DNA from: Wallemia ichthyophaga EXF-994
Lineage: Eukaryota; Fungi; Basidiomycota
Assembly: GCF_000400465.1 (NCBI RefSeq)
Contig: NW_008806284.1
Span: forward strand, 120,001-182,000
Length of the DNA stretch: 62,000 bases
Direction of reading: 5' to 3'
Part shown: piece after piece, positions 35,851-45,592 of the stretch
How the letters are laid out: each line of letters opens with the position of its first letter
Numbering within the stretch: position 1 is the first letter of the stretch
Position numbers and translations under genes: made by a program
The notes under the pieces: generated by a model
Told to the model about the DNA's origin: nothing
Seen by the model: only the letters and a program-made list of their open reading frames with translations
Databases searched by the model: none

Positions 35851-37347
35851 TTAAAACTCGTACAATTCTGGTTTATCTGACTGGAATGCGACTCTCCTGG
35901 GGCCTTTAGAGGGGGCTTTAGAGGGAGGAAAGGTGACTTTGGGAGTGTTCTGTGTGTTCTGTGTGTTGTGTGTATTCTGTGTGTGTGCTTGAGCACCGCC
36001 CTCTATTTGCACACTACCGTCATCATGAGTGCACTCACTGCTATGAATATGTTCCAAGTGCTCGTGCTCATGCAGCTGCTCCTGCTGCTCCTCCATCTCC
36101 TGCTCATTAGCCCGTTTAACTCTCTCACTAGTATCCTGCACACCAGCAGCGGATTTGCTTGGAGTGGTACGTCTCTCGCCGACGCCACCCTCAACATCGA
36201 GATGAAGAGTCTCAATGACAAGGCGCCTTCTACGCAACTTAAAAGCTAGGTTATTATCACCGGCCACGAGTCCACCCCGCAAAACGCTATGGCGGTCACT
36301 AGGTGCCGTCAGAGCGTGCACAGCAGGGCGGGCGAGGCAATGAAGGAGACCATGACTAGGTGCGAAAGCGCGTGCGCGATGTGGCGCATCGCTGAAACTC
36401 TCCAAAGCTACACAGCCATCTACGACATGCAGCAGCTGAGGTAACACCCCACCCACCCCCTGCAAAGTCTGCATGTGCGCGGACGTGTAGATGGTCGTGT
36501 AGGGCGTCGTGCGTGCGAGGTGGCGCAGCTTGTAGAAGAACCGATACAGCACTCCGTCGCCGTCGCTGTCACCGTACCACAGACTGCCGACGTTGCGCAC
36601 TACGATGCGCAACATGTTGGGCGCGTGTGTGTGTCCGTTTGCGTCTGCTTGCGCTTGCGTACCTGCATGGCGCTTGCAGGCTGCTTCTATGCGTGCGAGG
36701 ATGGCTGTGTAAGAACTCGCCTCGCCCTCACTCCCACTCCCACCAACATCATCGTCCACATCCACTCCCACCTCCTCCAGCAACCCGCGCTCGCGTGCGT
36801 GGGCGAGAGTGTGTGCGGGGATTGTCTGTGTGAGGTCGAAAGTACTGAGGAACGAGCTTTCGTCGCTGCCGTTACTATTGCTAGGCGTGTTGATTGAAGT
36901 TTCGAAGCGCTTCATGTGCGTGTATCGCCAAGCGATGGTGCTGTCTCCGCGGCCTTGGGTGTGCTTGGGAGTGTGAGTGTCCTCCTTATCCGAATCATTT
37001 TCCTGCTCTTGCTGCTGCTCCTTGCCGCCCTGCTCACTCAGCGGCAACCACATGGCACTGTTCGCAGCGAGCCCGACGGAGAGGACGGCGTGTTGGGCTG
37101 CGATGCCCTGTGCTAGATAGTACCGAAGTAGAATATCGGCGTATGCGGCGTGTGGGTCCGTTTCCACAACCAGCGTGAGCGAGTGGTCACTCAGCCCTAA
37201 TCCACCTCGCCCGCCTGCGCTGCCTGTGTACACATCGTCTAGGGCCGCACTCCCACTGCTTACGTGCGCCAATCCGCTCGCTGGCGATACCTTCGTTCCC
37301 CTTATGCGCCTCGCGTGCTTCTCGTCTCGCCGTTTGAAAGAGGACAT
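35851..37347 (-). CDS. ELP4: Elongator complex subunit Elp4 (PAXNEB)
   Basis: VSSGSAALDDV, LLRYYLAQG, IAWRY..M, STFDLT, NLAFKLRRRRLVIETLHLDVEGG and C-terminal DKPELYEF*. Confidence 0.9.
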   Translation of the reverse strand: MSSFKRRDEKHARRIRGTKVSPASGLAHVSSGSAALDDVYTGSAGGRGGLGLSDHSLTLVVETDPHAAYADILLRYYLAQGIAAQHAVLSVGLAANSAMWLPLSEQGGKEQQQEQENDSDKEDTHTPKHTQGRGDSTIAWRYTHMKRFETSINTPSNSNGSDESSFLSTFDLTQTIPAHTLAHARERGLLEEVGVDVDDDVGGSGSEGEASSYTAILARIEAACKRHAGTQAQADANGHTHAPNMLRIVVRNVGSLWYGDSDGDGVLYRFFYKLRHLARTTPYTTIYTSAHMQTLQGVGGVLPQLLHVVDGCVALESFSDAPHRARAFAPSHGLLHCLARPAVHALTAPSDRHSVLRGGLVAGDNNLAFKLRRRRLVIETLHLDVEGGVGERRTTPSKSAAGVQDTSERVKRANEQEMEEQQEQLHEHEHLEHIHSSECTHDDGSVQIEGGAQAHTQNTHNTQNTQNTPKVTFPPSKAPSKGPRRVAFQSDKPELYEF

Positions 37348-37458
37348 GGTGGTGCGGAGAGAAGACATGCACACGATTACCCAAGAGAAAGACAAAGAGA
37401 ATAAGAATAGAATATGAATAAGAAATGAATATATCTACTGCAACTGCACTGCAACTGC

Positions 37459-38562
37459 TTAAACACCCTGCAGAGAAGACGGGTGGGTCATAGCGACACC
37501 GACTTCACAGACATCCTTCAGTCTCCTGCTAACACAGTCCATCTGTCCCTGCAAGACGAGGCTGGGCAGTTTAGTTGGTTCTTGGGGGAGTTTGAAAGCG
37601 CGTGCAATGTCAGCCTCACTGAGAGCACCGAGTCCCTGGCTAGCACGCTGTTGCTGCAGCTTGCTAATTTGACCCTCAACCTTGCTCCTCTCTCTGAGTG
37701 CGTGTCTGTGGGCGAAAGCGAGCTGCGACTGCTCGTCTCTGTACGCATCGACGCTGTCGACCAGGCTGTCTACGTTGCCCTGCAGTGGGGACTCGAGGTT
37801 GATCTCAAGTGTTTTGGAGGGGTTGCGGGCGAGAGTGGTGCGTTTGTCCAAGTGTTGAGCATGAGGAGTGGCCAGGGACTGTACATACGCGCTGGTCAGC
37901 GCCGACGCCTTGATTTCCACGGGAAACTCGATGAGGATTTGGTGGAAAGTGAGCTGGTTCTCGGTAAGACACCTCTCAGTGAACTGGTTATTGCGAAGAG
38001 CGTGAACAAAGTGCTCAGCAAGTCTGTATGCTCTGAGGTTGAGATTGCCGTTGCGAGCGGAAGATTGGTCGTACACCAATACGAAGCCCTTGTTCTTGCC
38101 GAGACCACTGAGGAGTGGCGCGTAGCTGATTAGAGTCTCGCTAATGGTGGCACCATACTCTACAGCCATGTACACAGCGACAGGCTGGTCATCGAGGTCA
38201 GCGTCGTGGAGGTTACGACACATTTTGGCGTTGTATTGGTTGCGCAGAATTTTGGCTTTGCGCTCGTCTTCTTCGGAAGAGCCGAGGAATGGCTGGTAGG
38301 AGGGGAAGGCGTTGGAAATCTCGAGCGTCTGGAGTAAATCGAGGCCGAGACAAATGCCGGTGGAGCTTGTACCGGCTTCAGAGGCATGTTTGGCAATCTT
38401 GGACAGAGCGAGGCTGTCGACGGAGATTTTGTCGACAGGTGCAGAATCGTGGACAGCGTTCTGGAGATGAAGAGGAAGAGATATGCGGTGATCGTTGTCG
38501 TGTTGAGCAGCCAAAGCATTCTGCGAGGCTTCTTTCGCGGCGAGTCTCGAGGCTAACGACAT
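37459..38562 (-). CDS. EIF3H: Eukaryotic translation initiation factor 3 subunit H (MPN domain)
   Basis: VDSLALSKIAKH, GICLGLD..TLEISNAFP, VLVYD, LNLRAYRL, ILIEFPVEI and FKLPQEPTKLPSLVL. Confidence 0.85.
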   Translation of the reverse strand: MSLASRLAAKEASQNALAAQHDNDHRISLPLHLQNAVHDSAPVDKISVDSLALSKIAKHASEAGTSSTGICLGLDLLQTLEISNAFPSYQPFLGSSEEDERKAKILRNQYNAKMCRNLHDADLDDQPVAVYMAVEYGATISETLISYAPLLSGLGKNKGFVLVYDQSSARNGNLNLRAYRLAEHFVHALRNNQFTERCLTENQLTFHQILIEFPVEIKASALTSAYVQSLATPHAQHLDKRTTLARNPSKTLEINLESPLQGNVDSLVDSVDAYRDEQSQLAFAHRHALRERSKVEGQISKLQQQRASQGLGALSEADIARAFKLPQEPTKLPSLVLQGQMDCVSRRLKDVCEVGVAMTHPSSLQGV

Positions 38563-38628
38563 GATGGATGGTTGTGGTTAACGTTCAAGGGGAAAGAGAA
38601 ATAAAAATGGAATTATCAAAGGAGGAAT

Positions 38629-39309
38629 ATGACAGTGAGCAGATCAGGTGGGTTGGCTGTGTCTTTATCGGTGGTCTTCTCTGATTGGTCAAGGCTTATG
38701 GAGGAACGGTGCATACTGCTCAACCCAGATGATTCAATTGCTGGGGATGTTTCAAAGAAGGAATGTCATCTCATGTCGAATATAGAGAAAGGAATGCTTC
38801 ATAGGGCTTTCTCAACTTTCTTATTCCGAGAGAGTGATGGCAGGTTACTCATGCAGAAACGTGCCCAAGAGAAGATAACTTTCCCTGGTTTATGGACAAA
38901 CACCTGCTGTAGTCATCCACTCAGCGTTGTTAGCGAGATGGATGGCGTTCTCGGCGGCAAAAGAGCAGCAGTTAGAAAGTTAGATCATGAATTGGGGATT
39001 AACCAGATCAACGTCGATGACCTCGACTTCCTCACTAAAATTCACTACTTGGCGCCTTCAGATGGCCTTTGGGGGGAACATGAGATTGACTACATATACT
39101 TTGTCAAGAAAGATGTCTCTGTGGAGGTGAATGAAAACGAAGTCAGTGATATTAGATGGGTTAGCGTGGATGAGTTGAAGGAGATGCTGTCAGATGGTTA
39201 CTCCCAGTTCACCCCATGGTTTAGGATTATCGTTGAAAATTTTCTATTCAAGTGGTGGGAGAAAGGGGCAGAAGCCAGTCAAGATGGTTTGTTACACCGA
39301 CTCATTTAA
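38629..39309 (+). CDS. IDI1: Isopentenyl-diphosphate delta-isomerase (type I, Nudix fold)
   Basis: LHRAFS, LMQKRAQEKITFPGLWTNTCCSHP, RKLDHELGI, WGEHEIDY and FTPWF. A short intron near the 5' end is possible. Confidence 0.95.
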   Translation: MTVSRSGGLAVSLSVVFSDWSRLMEERCILLNPDDSIAGDVSKKECHLMSNIEKGMLHRAFSTFLFRESDGRLLMQKRAQEKITFPGLWTNTCCSHPLSVVSEMDGVLGGKRAAVRKLDHELGINQINVDDLDFLTKIHYLAPSDGLWGEHEIDYIYFVKKDVSVEVNENEVSDIRWVSVDELKEMLSDGYSQFTPWFRIIVENFLFKWWEKGAEASQDGLLHRLI

Positions 39310-39645
39310 GAAGTTTGAAATGTGATTGAGTAGTTTTGAGGAAGTGTTTGTCGTTGTGATGTAATCTTGGTTGTTGTTCTCCGTAGTGTGGTTGGTTGTA
39401 GTGGGGAGATGATCAACCAACACCTTGAATTGGTTAGACTGTTTAATCAAATCGGTTGTGAGTTCGAATATGGCTGAGTGTAGTTCATTCTCATTTAATT
39501 GATTTGGGTTGCTGTGAGTAATATCAAATTCTTGGTTTACTTGTTTAAACTGCGATTTATCTGTAGCGAAATTGATTGTTGAGTAGATGACCATTATAAT
39601 ACTATCCAGTGTGAGCTGCATCTGCGTCAGTCTGTCCATTTCCAT
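39292..39645 (-). CDS. MED21: Mediator subunit Med21 (Srb7)
   Basis: MDRLTQMQLTLD start and ELTTDLIKQSNQF..LVDHLP motif. The C-terminus is divergent. Confidence 0.75.
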   Translation of the reverse strand: MEMDRLTQMQLTLDSIIMVIYSTINFATDKSQFKQVNQEFDITHSNPNQLNENELHSAIFELTTDLIKQSNQFKVLVDHLPTTTNHTTENNNQDYITTTNTSSKLLNHISNFLNESV

Positions 39646-39682
39646 TTTATACGTTGATGATGGCTGTTGGTTGTCAACGTCG

Positions 39683-40873
39683 ATGAGCCTCTTACCTCAT
39701 AACGCTTTCTACAACGCATCGAGGTATCGTAACAGCAATTCCATAAAGCTAGCTGGCTTGACTGGCGGTGATCTTGATATCCGTGGTGATAGTGATGGCG
39801 ACACACACACACAAACAACCGCACCAACTCACCCTGCCATCTCCACTACCACCGCGACCCGTTCCCTTTCTTCTGTTTCTTCTACTCCCCCTCCAGACTT
39901 CTCTAGCTCCCCTCGAACCATCCCCATCCGCAGAAACAACCGTCTTCTGCGCAACTACCAGCTATCCCCCGCCAATCTACGTTTCTGTTGCTCTGGCCAT
40001 ATTGTTACCAGCAAAGACAACCCAATTCCCTTCATCTGTTCCATTTTCCTCGTTTTGGCCATCCCCGCTGTCTTCTTTGGTCGGATAGGCGTTGACTTAT
40101 GGTACACGCTCTCCCCCGCCGTACCTATCATAGCTGCGTATTTAACCCTTTTAGTCTGGTGCTCCATGTTCAAAACTGCCTTTGCAGATCCAGGTGTTCT
40201 ACCCGTCGACATTGACAAGAACGCTGTCGACACATTCCCCCGCGATGTTTCTCTGCGCCATACGCATTTCCTCTCACTCAAATACTGCGAAACGTGCCAC
40301 ATATATCGCCCTCCACGCGCGAGTCACTGTCGTCTCTGCAACAGCTGCGTCGACGGTATAGACCACCACTGCTCCTTCCTCAACATATGCATAGGACGAC
40401 GCAACTACCCGTCTTTCCTAACTTTCTGCGGTCTGACAGTGGTGACACTCGCTTACTACACCGCCTTCGCTGCGGTGCACCTCTACCAACTTACGCAGGA
40501 CACGCGCGTGTCGACCTCGCAGTCCTTCGGTGGGGCATTGCGTCAGGATCCCGCTAGTGCCGTCGTGTTCGTAGTTGCAATACTCTTTCTCATTCCCCTC
40601 GCTTTCCTTCTCGCTTACCACGCACGTCTCACTCTCATCAATAGCACCACTATCGAACAGCTTCGAGAGAAGGCTGTCGATAGGGCTAGGAAGGATGGTG
40701 AGCTAGGAGGTGGAGGTGAGAACCCATTTGTTGGTGACGATTCTAACCCTTTTTCCCTTGGCCCTGTCGCTAATGTCCAGTGGATGGCTTTTCGCCCTGG
40801 CTCCAATTATTCCCATGCACGCTTCTCGGCGGTTGCTCAACGCGATGCTAGAAGGGGTGGTGGAGGTGTTTAA
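39683..40873 (+). CDS. ERF2: DHHC palmitoyltransferase, Erf2/ZDHHC9-like
   Basis: NLRFCCSGHIVTSKD, DPGVLP, KYCETCHIYRPPRASHCRLCNSCV..IDHHC..LNICIGRRNY and TTIEQ, with four TM segments. An alternative in-frame ATG lies at 39587. Confidence 0.9.
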   Translation: MSLLPHNAFYNASRYRNSNSIKLAGLTGGDLDIRGDSDGDTHTQTTAPTHPAISTTTATRSLSSVSSTPPPDFSSSPRTIPIRRNNRLLRNYQLSPANLRFCCSGHIVTSKDNPIPFICSIFLVLAIPAVFFGRIGVDLWYTLSPAVPIIAAYLTLLVWCSMFKTAFADPGVLPVDIDKNAVDTFPRDVSLRHTHFLSLKYCETCHIYRPPRASHCRLCNSCVDGIDHHCSFLNICIGRRNYPSFLTFCGLTVVTLAYYTAFAAVHLYQLTQDTRVSTSQSFGGALRQDPASAVVFVVAILFLIPLAFLLAYHARLTLINSTTIEQLREKAVDRARKDGELGGGGENPFVGDDSNPFSLGPVANVQWMAFRPGSNYSHARFSAVAQRDARRGGGGV

Positions 40874-40902
40874 GTGTGGCTCTAGCTGCTCTGGTTACTT
40901 TC

Positions 40903-40958
40903 ATTACCCTGATTACACTCATTACCCTCATTACCCTCACCAACCCACTCATTACCAT
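40903..40958. repeat. 9-bp tandem repeat (CATTACCCT-like) in the ERF2-MIS12 intergenic region
   Basis: cattaccct gattacact cattaccct cattaccct caccaaccc actcattacc. Confidence 0.7.
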
Positions 40959-41048
40959 AGAATTGTACTATCTATATCTGCGATACCTACCATTCCTACA
41001 CTAATACAACATTTAATGCGCAATAACCCAAAATTAAAATTTGCTACA

Positions 41049-41084
41049 TCGCGTCATAGGAGATTGACGCGTCGCGTCGCGCGT
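41049..41084. promoter_or_regulatory. MCB-like (ACGCGT/CGCG) cluster upstream of MIS12
   Basis: ACGCGT at 41067-41072 plus three more CGCG cores, 40-75 bp before the ATG. Confidence 0.5.
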
Positions 41085-41123
41085 TGACCAACACAACGAA
41101 AGAAGCGAGAGAAAGGGGGAAGA

Positions 41124-42002
41124 ATGAGCGAGAAGGCAGTAAACGCGAACAGCAACAATAGCGCCATCAACTACGCAAATTATGCATCAGAATTCCTCAC
41201 GTGCCATCTAGGCTACACGCCGCTGGCGCTAGTGGACGACTATGTGAACCACTTCAATGAGCCGGTGGGGGGGATAATGGATGCGATAGAAGATTTCTTC
41301 GTTGCGCTGCTAGCTGAGCAGGGGCTGGACCTCGATGGGGATGGGCGCGTACAGGGCGAGGTGCGCGCGGGCATACACCGTCTTCAAACCCTCCTCGAGC
41401 ATCTAATCGATAAGAACGTAGACAAACTCGAGATATACCTCCTCCGCAACATCCTCACTCTCCCCTCTGAGCTCGCGTGCGTTCCCACCGCGTTTCTCCC
41501 TCACTACCGGGAGCTGGATCTGGAGGCGGCGGGCCAAGGCGCAGACGACCACGATTCCGACACAAACGCGCTGGAAATAAGCCTGGATGGCAAACGGGGC
41601 GAATTGGCTAGGCTGGAGAAGATTAACCGGCGTTTACGCGCAGTCGAGAGGGGGAAGAAGCGCACTGTGGATCGCTCGCTTGCTCAATCTACCCACCGTA
41701 AAGCCCTCCTCGCCCAACTAGCAAGCGTCGCCGACAGACACGTCACCCTCGCTGCTAATGTCCGCTCCATGCATAGCTCCCACCTCCTCCTCAAGGATGC
41801 TGAGCCATTTGGTGTCGTTTTGGGTGGTGCGCAGGATCCACAGGATTCACAGCACTCCTCCCATCCCTGGCAATCCGGTCGCATCGGCTACCTTAATTGG
41901 CAGACTAGCCGGCTCGTGAGCGACGAAGGCGTCGGGTTCGTCAAGGGCCAGCTCGAGCACGTCGCTGCAGTTGGCGATTTACAGCGGTTGCTCGGTGTTT
42001 GA
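41124..42002 (+). CDS. MIS12: Kinetochore protein Mis12/Mtw1
   Basis: LTCHLGYTPLALVDDYVN, EVRAGIHRLQTLLE and DKNVDKLEIYLLRNILTLP. Confidence 0.9.
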   Translation: MSEKAVNANSNNSAINYANYASEFLTCHLGYTPLALVDDYVNHFNEPVGGIMDAIEDFFVALLAEQGLDLDGDGRVQGEVRAGIHRLQTLLEHLIDKNVDKLEIYLLRNILTLPSELACVPTAFLPHYRELDLEAAGQGADDHDSDTNALEISLDGKRGELARLEKINRRLRAVERGKKRTVDRSLAQSTHRKALLAQLASVADRHVTLAANVRSMHSSHLLLKDAEPFGVVLGGAQDPQDSQHSSHPWQSGRIGYLNWQTSRLVSDEGVGFVKGQLEHVAAVGDLQRLLGV

Positions 42003-42135
42003 GAGGGATGTACTATGTCGTATTCGCTAGACTGCTAGATTGTAACATGATTGCTTGAGATTGTTGTATGTATTTATAACTTTATTTGATTACATTTGAT
42101 TCTGTTCATCTGTAGCCCGAGTTTTATCTATCGTA

Positions 42136-43626
42136 ATGACGCCGACGCCGACGCCGACTCGAAAACGGAAAGCACCGCCCGGTCCACTCTACGTGGTGCG
42201 CTCACACGAGCACAGCGTCACGCAGGTATCGCTCGCGCCCACAGCGCACCACCTCGTCAGCGGGGATGACGGGGGAGGTGTGTGCATCACGTCTCTGCGC
42301 ACCATGCGCTGCGTGCGGCAATGGGCGGCTCACAGCGACAGTGTCCTCACTTTGCAGTGGCTAGATAACTACACGCTTCTCTCACACGGCCGAGATAATC
42401 TGGTTAAGGTTTGGAGCGTGTCTGGGGCGTGCGGTGACAGCGACGACAACAACGACAACAACGACAGCGACGACACATACACTCCACCTCCCCTAACGCA
42501 CGAGTTTCACGTCAATGCACTCAATTTTTGTAATGTCAGTGCGTGCACGGTGCAGACACAGACACATGCACAGACACAGGCACAAACGCTCTGGGTAGCA
42601 GCTCCACATCTGGCAGATTCAGCGAGGGTGAGTGCCAAGTGCCAAGTGCTAAATGGGCACAGCGAGCACTCTGACGGAGACGCGCACACGCAAGCACATA
42701 CTCACACACGCTCACACACGCACAGATTGATGTCTGGGAGTTACCATCGACGAAACGCGTACACCGCTCCATTGGTGTGGGTGAAATTAGCCACTTTCAC
42801 TATCCAGACGGTCGCGGCGAAGCTAAGACAGGTGGGTGAAGTGTTGGAGTGGTTGAGCGGCTTTGCGAGGCGCATCTCACCCTTTCCTCGCATTTTATAT
42901 CTCACCCTCTCTCCACAGGTCTCTGCATGGCGCTGGAGATGTATGAATATAGTCAGTGTCGGCAGCACGAGCAAGAGCAGGAGCACACACCCTCTCTCAG
43001 ACTGCTGGCGGCTTACGAAGACGGCAGCTTGGTGCTTTTTGAACTGGGTCACTCTCGCTGGATCCAGCTCTGGCGCGTGCGTTTGCACAACGAGGCTAGT
43101 AAGTGGGGCTGTTATCAGCCGAGCTGAGCTGAGCGTCTTGGCGCCGTTGCTGACTTCTCGCTCAGTCATGGACTTGTGCGTCACAAGCGATAAGCGTTAC
43201 GCGTATACTGTCAGTGTCGATAGGTGTGTTGCCAAGTATGATTTGAGGGATGGGCGAGATGTGCAAGACGTGCAAAGGGTGCCAAAGGTGCAGCATAAAC
43301 AAAGCACTTCAGAGATACCCCTCGCAACCCCTCTCACACACTCCTACACCACCAAATCGAATGGCCATTCGAGCATTAGCGTGCGCATGGATGGGAGGGT
43401 GCTCGCTGTTGGCTGCTGGAACGGTAGTGTCGAGCTGTATTCAACCAAAAGCATGAAACTCGTTGGTGTACTGGATATGCATCGCCAGTCTGTGTCAGCG
43501 TTGACCTTTTCGACTGTCAACTCACGTGATATACTTGATGACGGCATTATTGAGGCTCCTCTAAACGCACTTCTAGTCACTGGTGGTCGTGATGAGCGGG
43601 TAGCTATCTACGAGATTGACTTGTGA
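42136..43626 (+). CDS. ASA1: WD40 protein Asa1/GNB1L (ASTRA complex); four exons, about 412 aa after splicing
   Basis: PLYVVRSH, QWAAH, LLSHGRDN, IDVWELPS, KTGLCMAL, LLAAYEDGS, DGRVLAVGCWNG and LLVTGGRDERVAIYE. Introns at 42628-42725, 42832-42918 and 43099-43165. Confidence 0.85.
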   Translation: MTPTPTPTRKRKAPPGPLYVVRSHEHSVTQVSLAPTAHHLVSGDDGGGVCITSLRTMRCVRQWAAHSDSVLTLQWLDNYTLLSHGRDNLVKVWSVSGACGDSDDNNDNNDSDDTYTPPPLTHEFHVNALNFCNVSACTVQTQTHAQTQAQTLWVAAPHLADSARVSAKCQVLNGHSEHSDGDAHTQAHTHTRSHTHRLMSGSYHRRNAYTAPLVWVKLATFTIQTVAAKLRQVGEVLEWLSGFARRISPFPRILYLTLSPQVSAWRWRCMNIVSVGSTSKSRSTHPLSDCWRLTKTAAWCFLNWVTLAGSSSGACVCTTRLVSGAVISRAELSVLAPLLTSRSVMDLCVTSDKRYAYTVSVDRCVAKYDLRDGRDVQDVQRVPKVQHKQSTSEIPLATPLTHSYTTKSNGHSSISVRMDGRVLAVGCWNGSVELYSTKSMKLVGVLDMHRQSVSALTFSTVNSRDILDDGIIEAPLNALLVTGGRDERVAIYEIDL

Positions 43627-43798
43627 ACGCTGAAAGATGTAAAATATGTATGTGAATATGTACAGGTATCCATGTGTCCATGAGTGAATGTGTCCATGAG
43701 TGAATGTGTGTGTGTGTGTGTGCGTGTGTTGTGGTTGTTGACCGTCGTCTATTGGGAGTCCTGGAAAAGTGAGACAAAGATATAAAAACCACGTCAAA

Positions 43799-44328
43799 TT
43801 AATGTATCTCGTCATGCGAGTTCTGGCTGCTTCTTAGCAGATTGGATTGAGAGTGGTTGTTGTTGTTGCCGAATAGCGGTGCCACAAATTCATCGAGGAG
43901 GAGAGTGGAGTTGGGTCTAGTAGGTGAGTAGAGTGTTTCTGGTCTCGGGAGGTAGTTGTTGTCCGTTTTGATACGCGGGAGTGGCCTCGGTAGTCGTTGC
44001 TCGAGGTCAATAGCGCTGTCTTTGCTGTGCTCACTCCCGTCGCTGCCCTTCTCCACCACCTCTTCCACATTCTCGCGCCTGGTATTTGGTTTCCTCTTGT
44101 TGAAGCCGCGATAGAAGTTGTCTGGATCTGATGCATGTTAGCATAGCGGCCAACATAATTCGCCTGATACTCACAATACGACTGACTGTCCTTATGGTGC
44201 TTCGGCGTGCGCTTGACATATTGCTGCACGCCCCACATTACCAACATCAGAAAGAGGAGGATACCTACGATAATAGCAACAATTATCGCGGGGAAGTACT
44301 TGTTGTCTGGATTTGTCACGTCGCCCAT
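43799..44328 (-). CDS. Small single-pass membrane protein of unknown function (two exons)
   Basis: TM segment FPAIIVAIIVGILLFLMLVMWGV followed by basic residues. A GTGAGT...CTAAC...CAG intron joins the 44328 ORF in frame to the 43799-44068 ORF. Confidence 0.7.
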
Positions 44329-44665
44329 TTAATTTATCAATGCAACTTGGACGCACGCTCTTGAGGACGTGAATATCGGACGCGGTAATTGGTAATTTTT
44401 TTGACAAAAAGCGTATTTCAGCGGCTGTAGAGTGGTTTAGGGTGTTATTGACAGTTTATTTGTACTATACGCGTGCTTTCCATTCGGGGCTTTTTGGAAA
44501 TTTGTTTGGCTAAAAATGGAAGGCGGTGATCTACACGCGGATATAAACGCTAATCTATGCGCTGACCACTTCCACTCAATACTTTTCCATCTTTGAGGAC
44601 ATGAGGACGCCGCCTTAACTTTGTAACTGAATTGGATCGGTGTCAGTGCGTAATTGTGTGAGTGC

Positions 44666-45507
44666 ATGAATATGGACTATTATACCACGTGCAACACTCT
44701 TCTCAAGGTATTCTGGGTTCTCGGGCCATTTGCTTTATTCTACGATGCCCCATTTGGAAGATTTGGGGATGGTGCTAGCAGGTTTAGCCTGAATGGTGGG
44801 TATGGGTGTGGTTTACTCTCCTCTAACCAGCCACAGGCAGAATTACATGGTTTATAATGGAGTTGCTGTCGCCGCTGTCTTTCGTAGCAGCTGTGGGCAC
44901 TAGTGTTAGTACTCCACTCAACACCCTTCAAACCACAGCCACAGCCCTCTTCCTCGCACATTACCTCAATAGAGCTGTAATCTACCCACTTCTGAGCCCC
45001 TCTTCATCCCCATCCCACTTGCTGGTACTTGTATCTGCAGCCACATTCAACATAGCCAATGGCAGCCTGCAGGGGAAATATATAGCCGAACTAGATGTTT
45101 TTGATGGATTCGGCCGCATTGGTGTATTTGGAATACTCCTTACGCTGCTTGGATTCGCTGGAAACGTCTACCACGATTCAATACTCTTCAAGATAAAGAG
45201 GGAGTGTAACGGCGGCTATGAAATTCCCCAGCGTGGCCTATTCAAACATATCAGCTATCCAAATTACTTTTGGTGGGTGCTGTGTGTTTACCAGGTTACG
45301 TCACTAACCAACACAACCAGCGAATGGATCGAATGGTCGGGATACGCACTATTCACCCACTCTACAAGCACAAAAGATCCTCCAATCATGTTCATAATCG
45401 CTCTCCTCGCTACAATGGCCCCACGCGCATACAAAGGTCATCAGTGGTACAAATCCAACTTCAAGTACCCAGAATCGCGCAAGATTGTAATCCCGTGGCT
45501 CTTTTAA
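44666..45507 (+). CDS. 3-oxo-5-alpha-steroid 4-dehydrogenase (steroid 5-alpha-reductase) family protein
   Basis: DAPFGRF, GRITWFIME, HYLNRAVIYP, GNVYHDSIL, YEIPQRGLFKHISYPNYF|EWIEW and GHQWY...YPESRKIVIP. Two introns. Confidence 0.9.
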
Positions 45508-45592
45508 GTGGCCACGTACAAATAAATTGATTTATCACCAAATGTCCTCTTGCACCTTTACGCCAATCATCCATCTCAACAAATCCTAAGAA

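Noticed and set aside
37483-38133. 216-aa plus-strand ORF
   Set aside because: Antisense shadow of eIF3h with no recognisable motifs.
43660-43730. Short tandem ATGTGTCCATGAGTGA units plus a (TG)n run after ASA1
   Set aside because: Simple-sequence slippage in a 3' region. No spacer structure, so not CRISPR-like.
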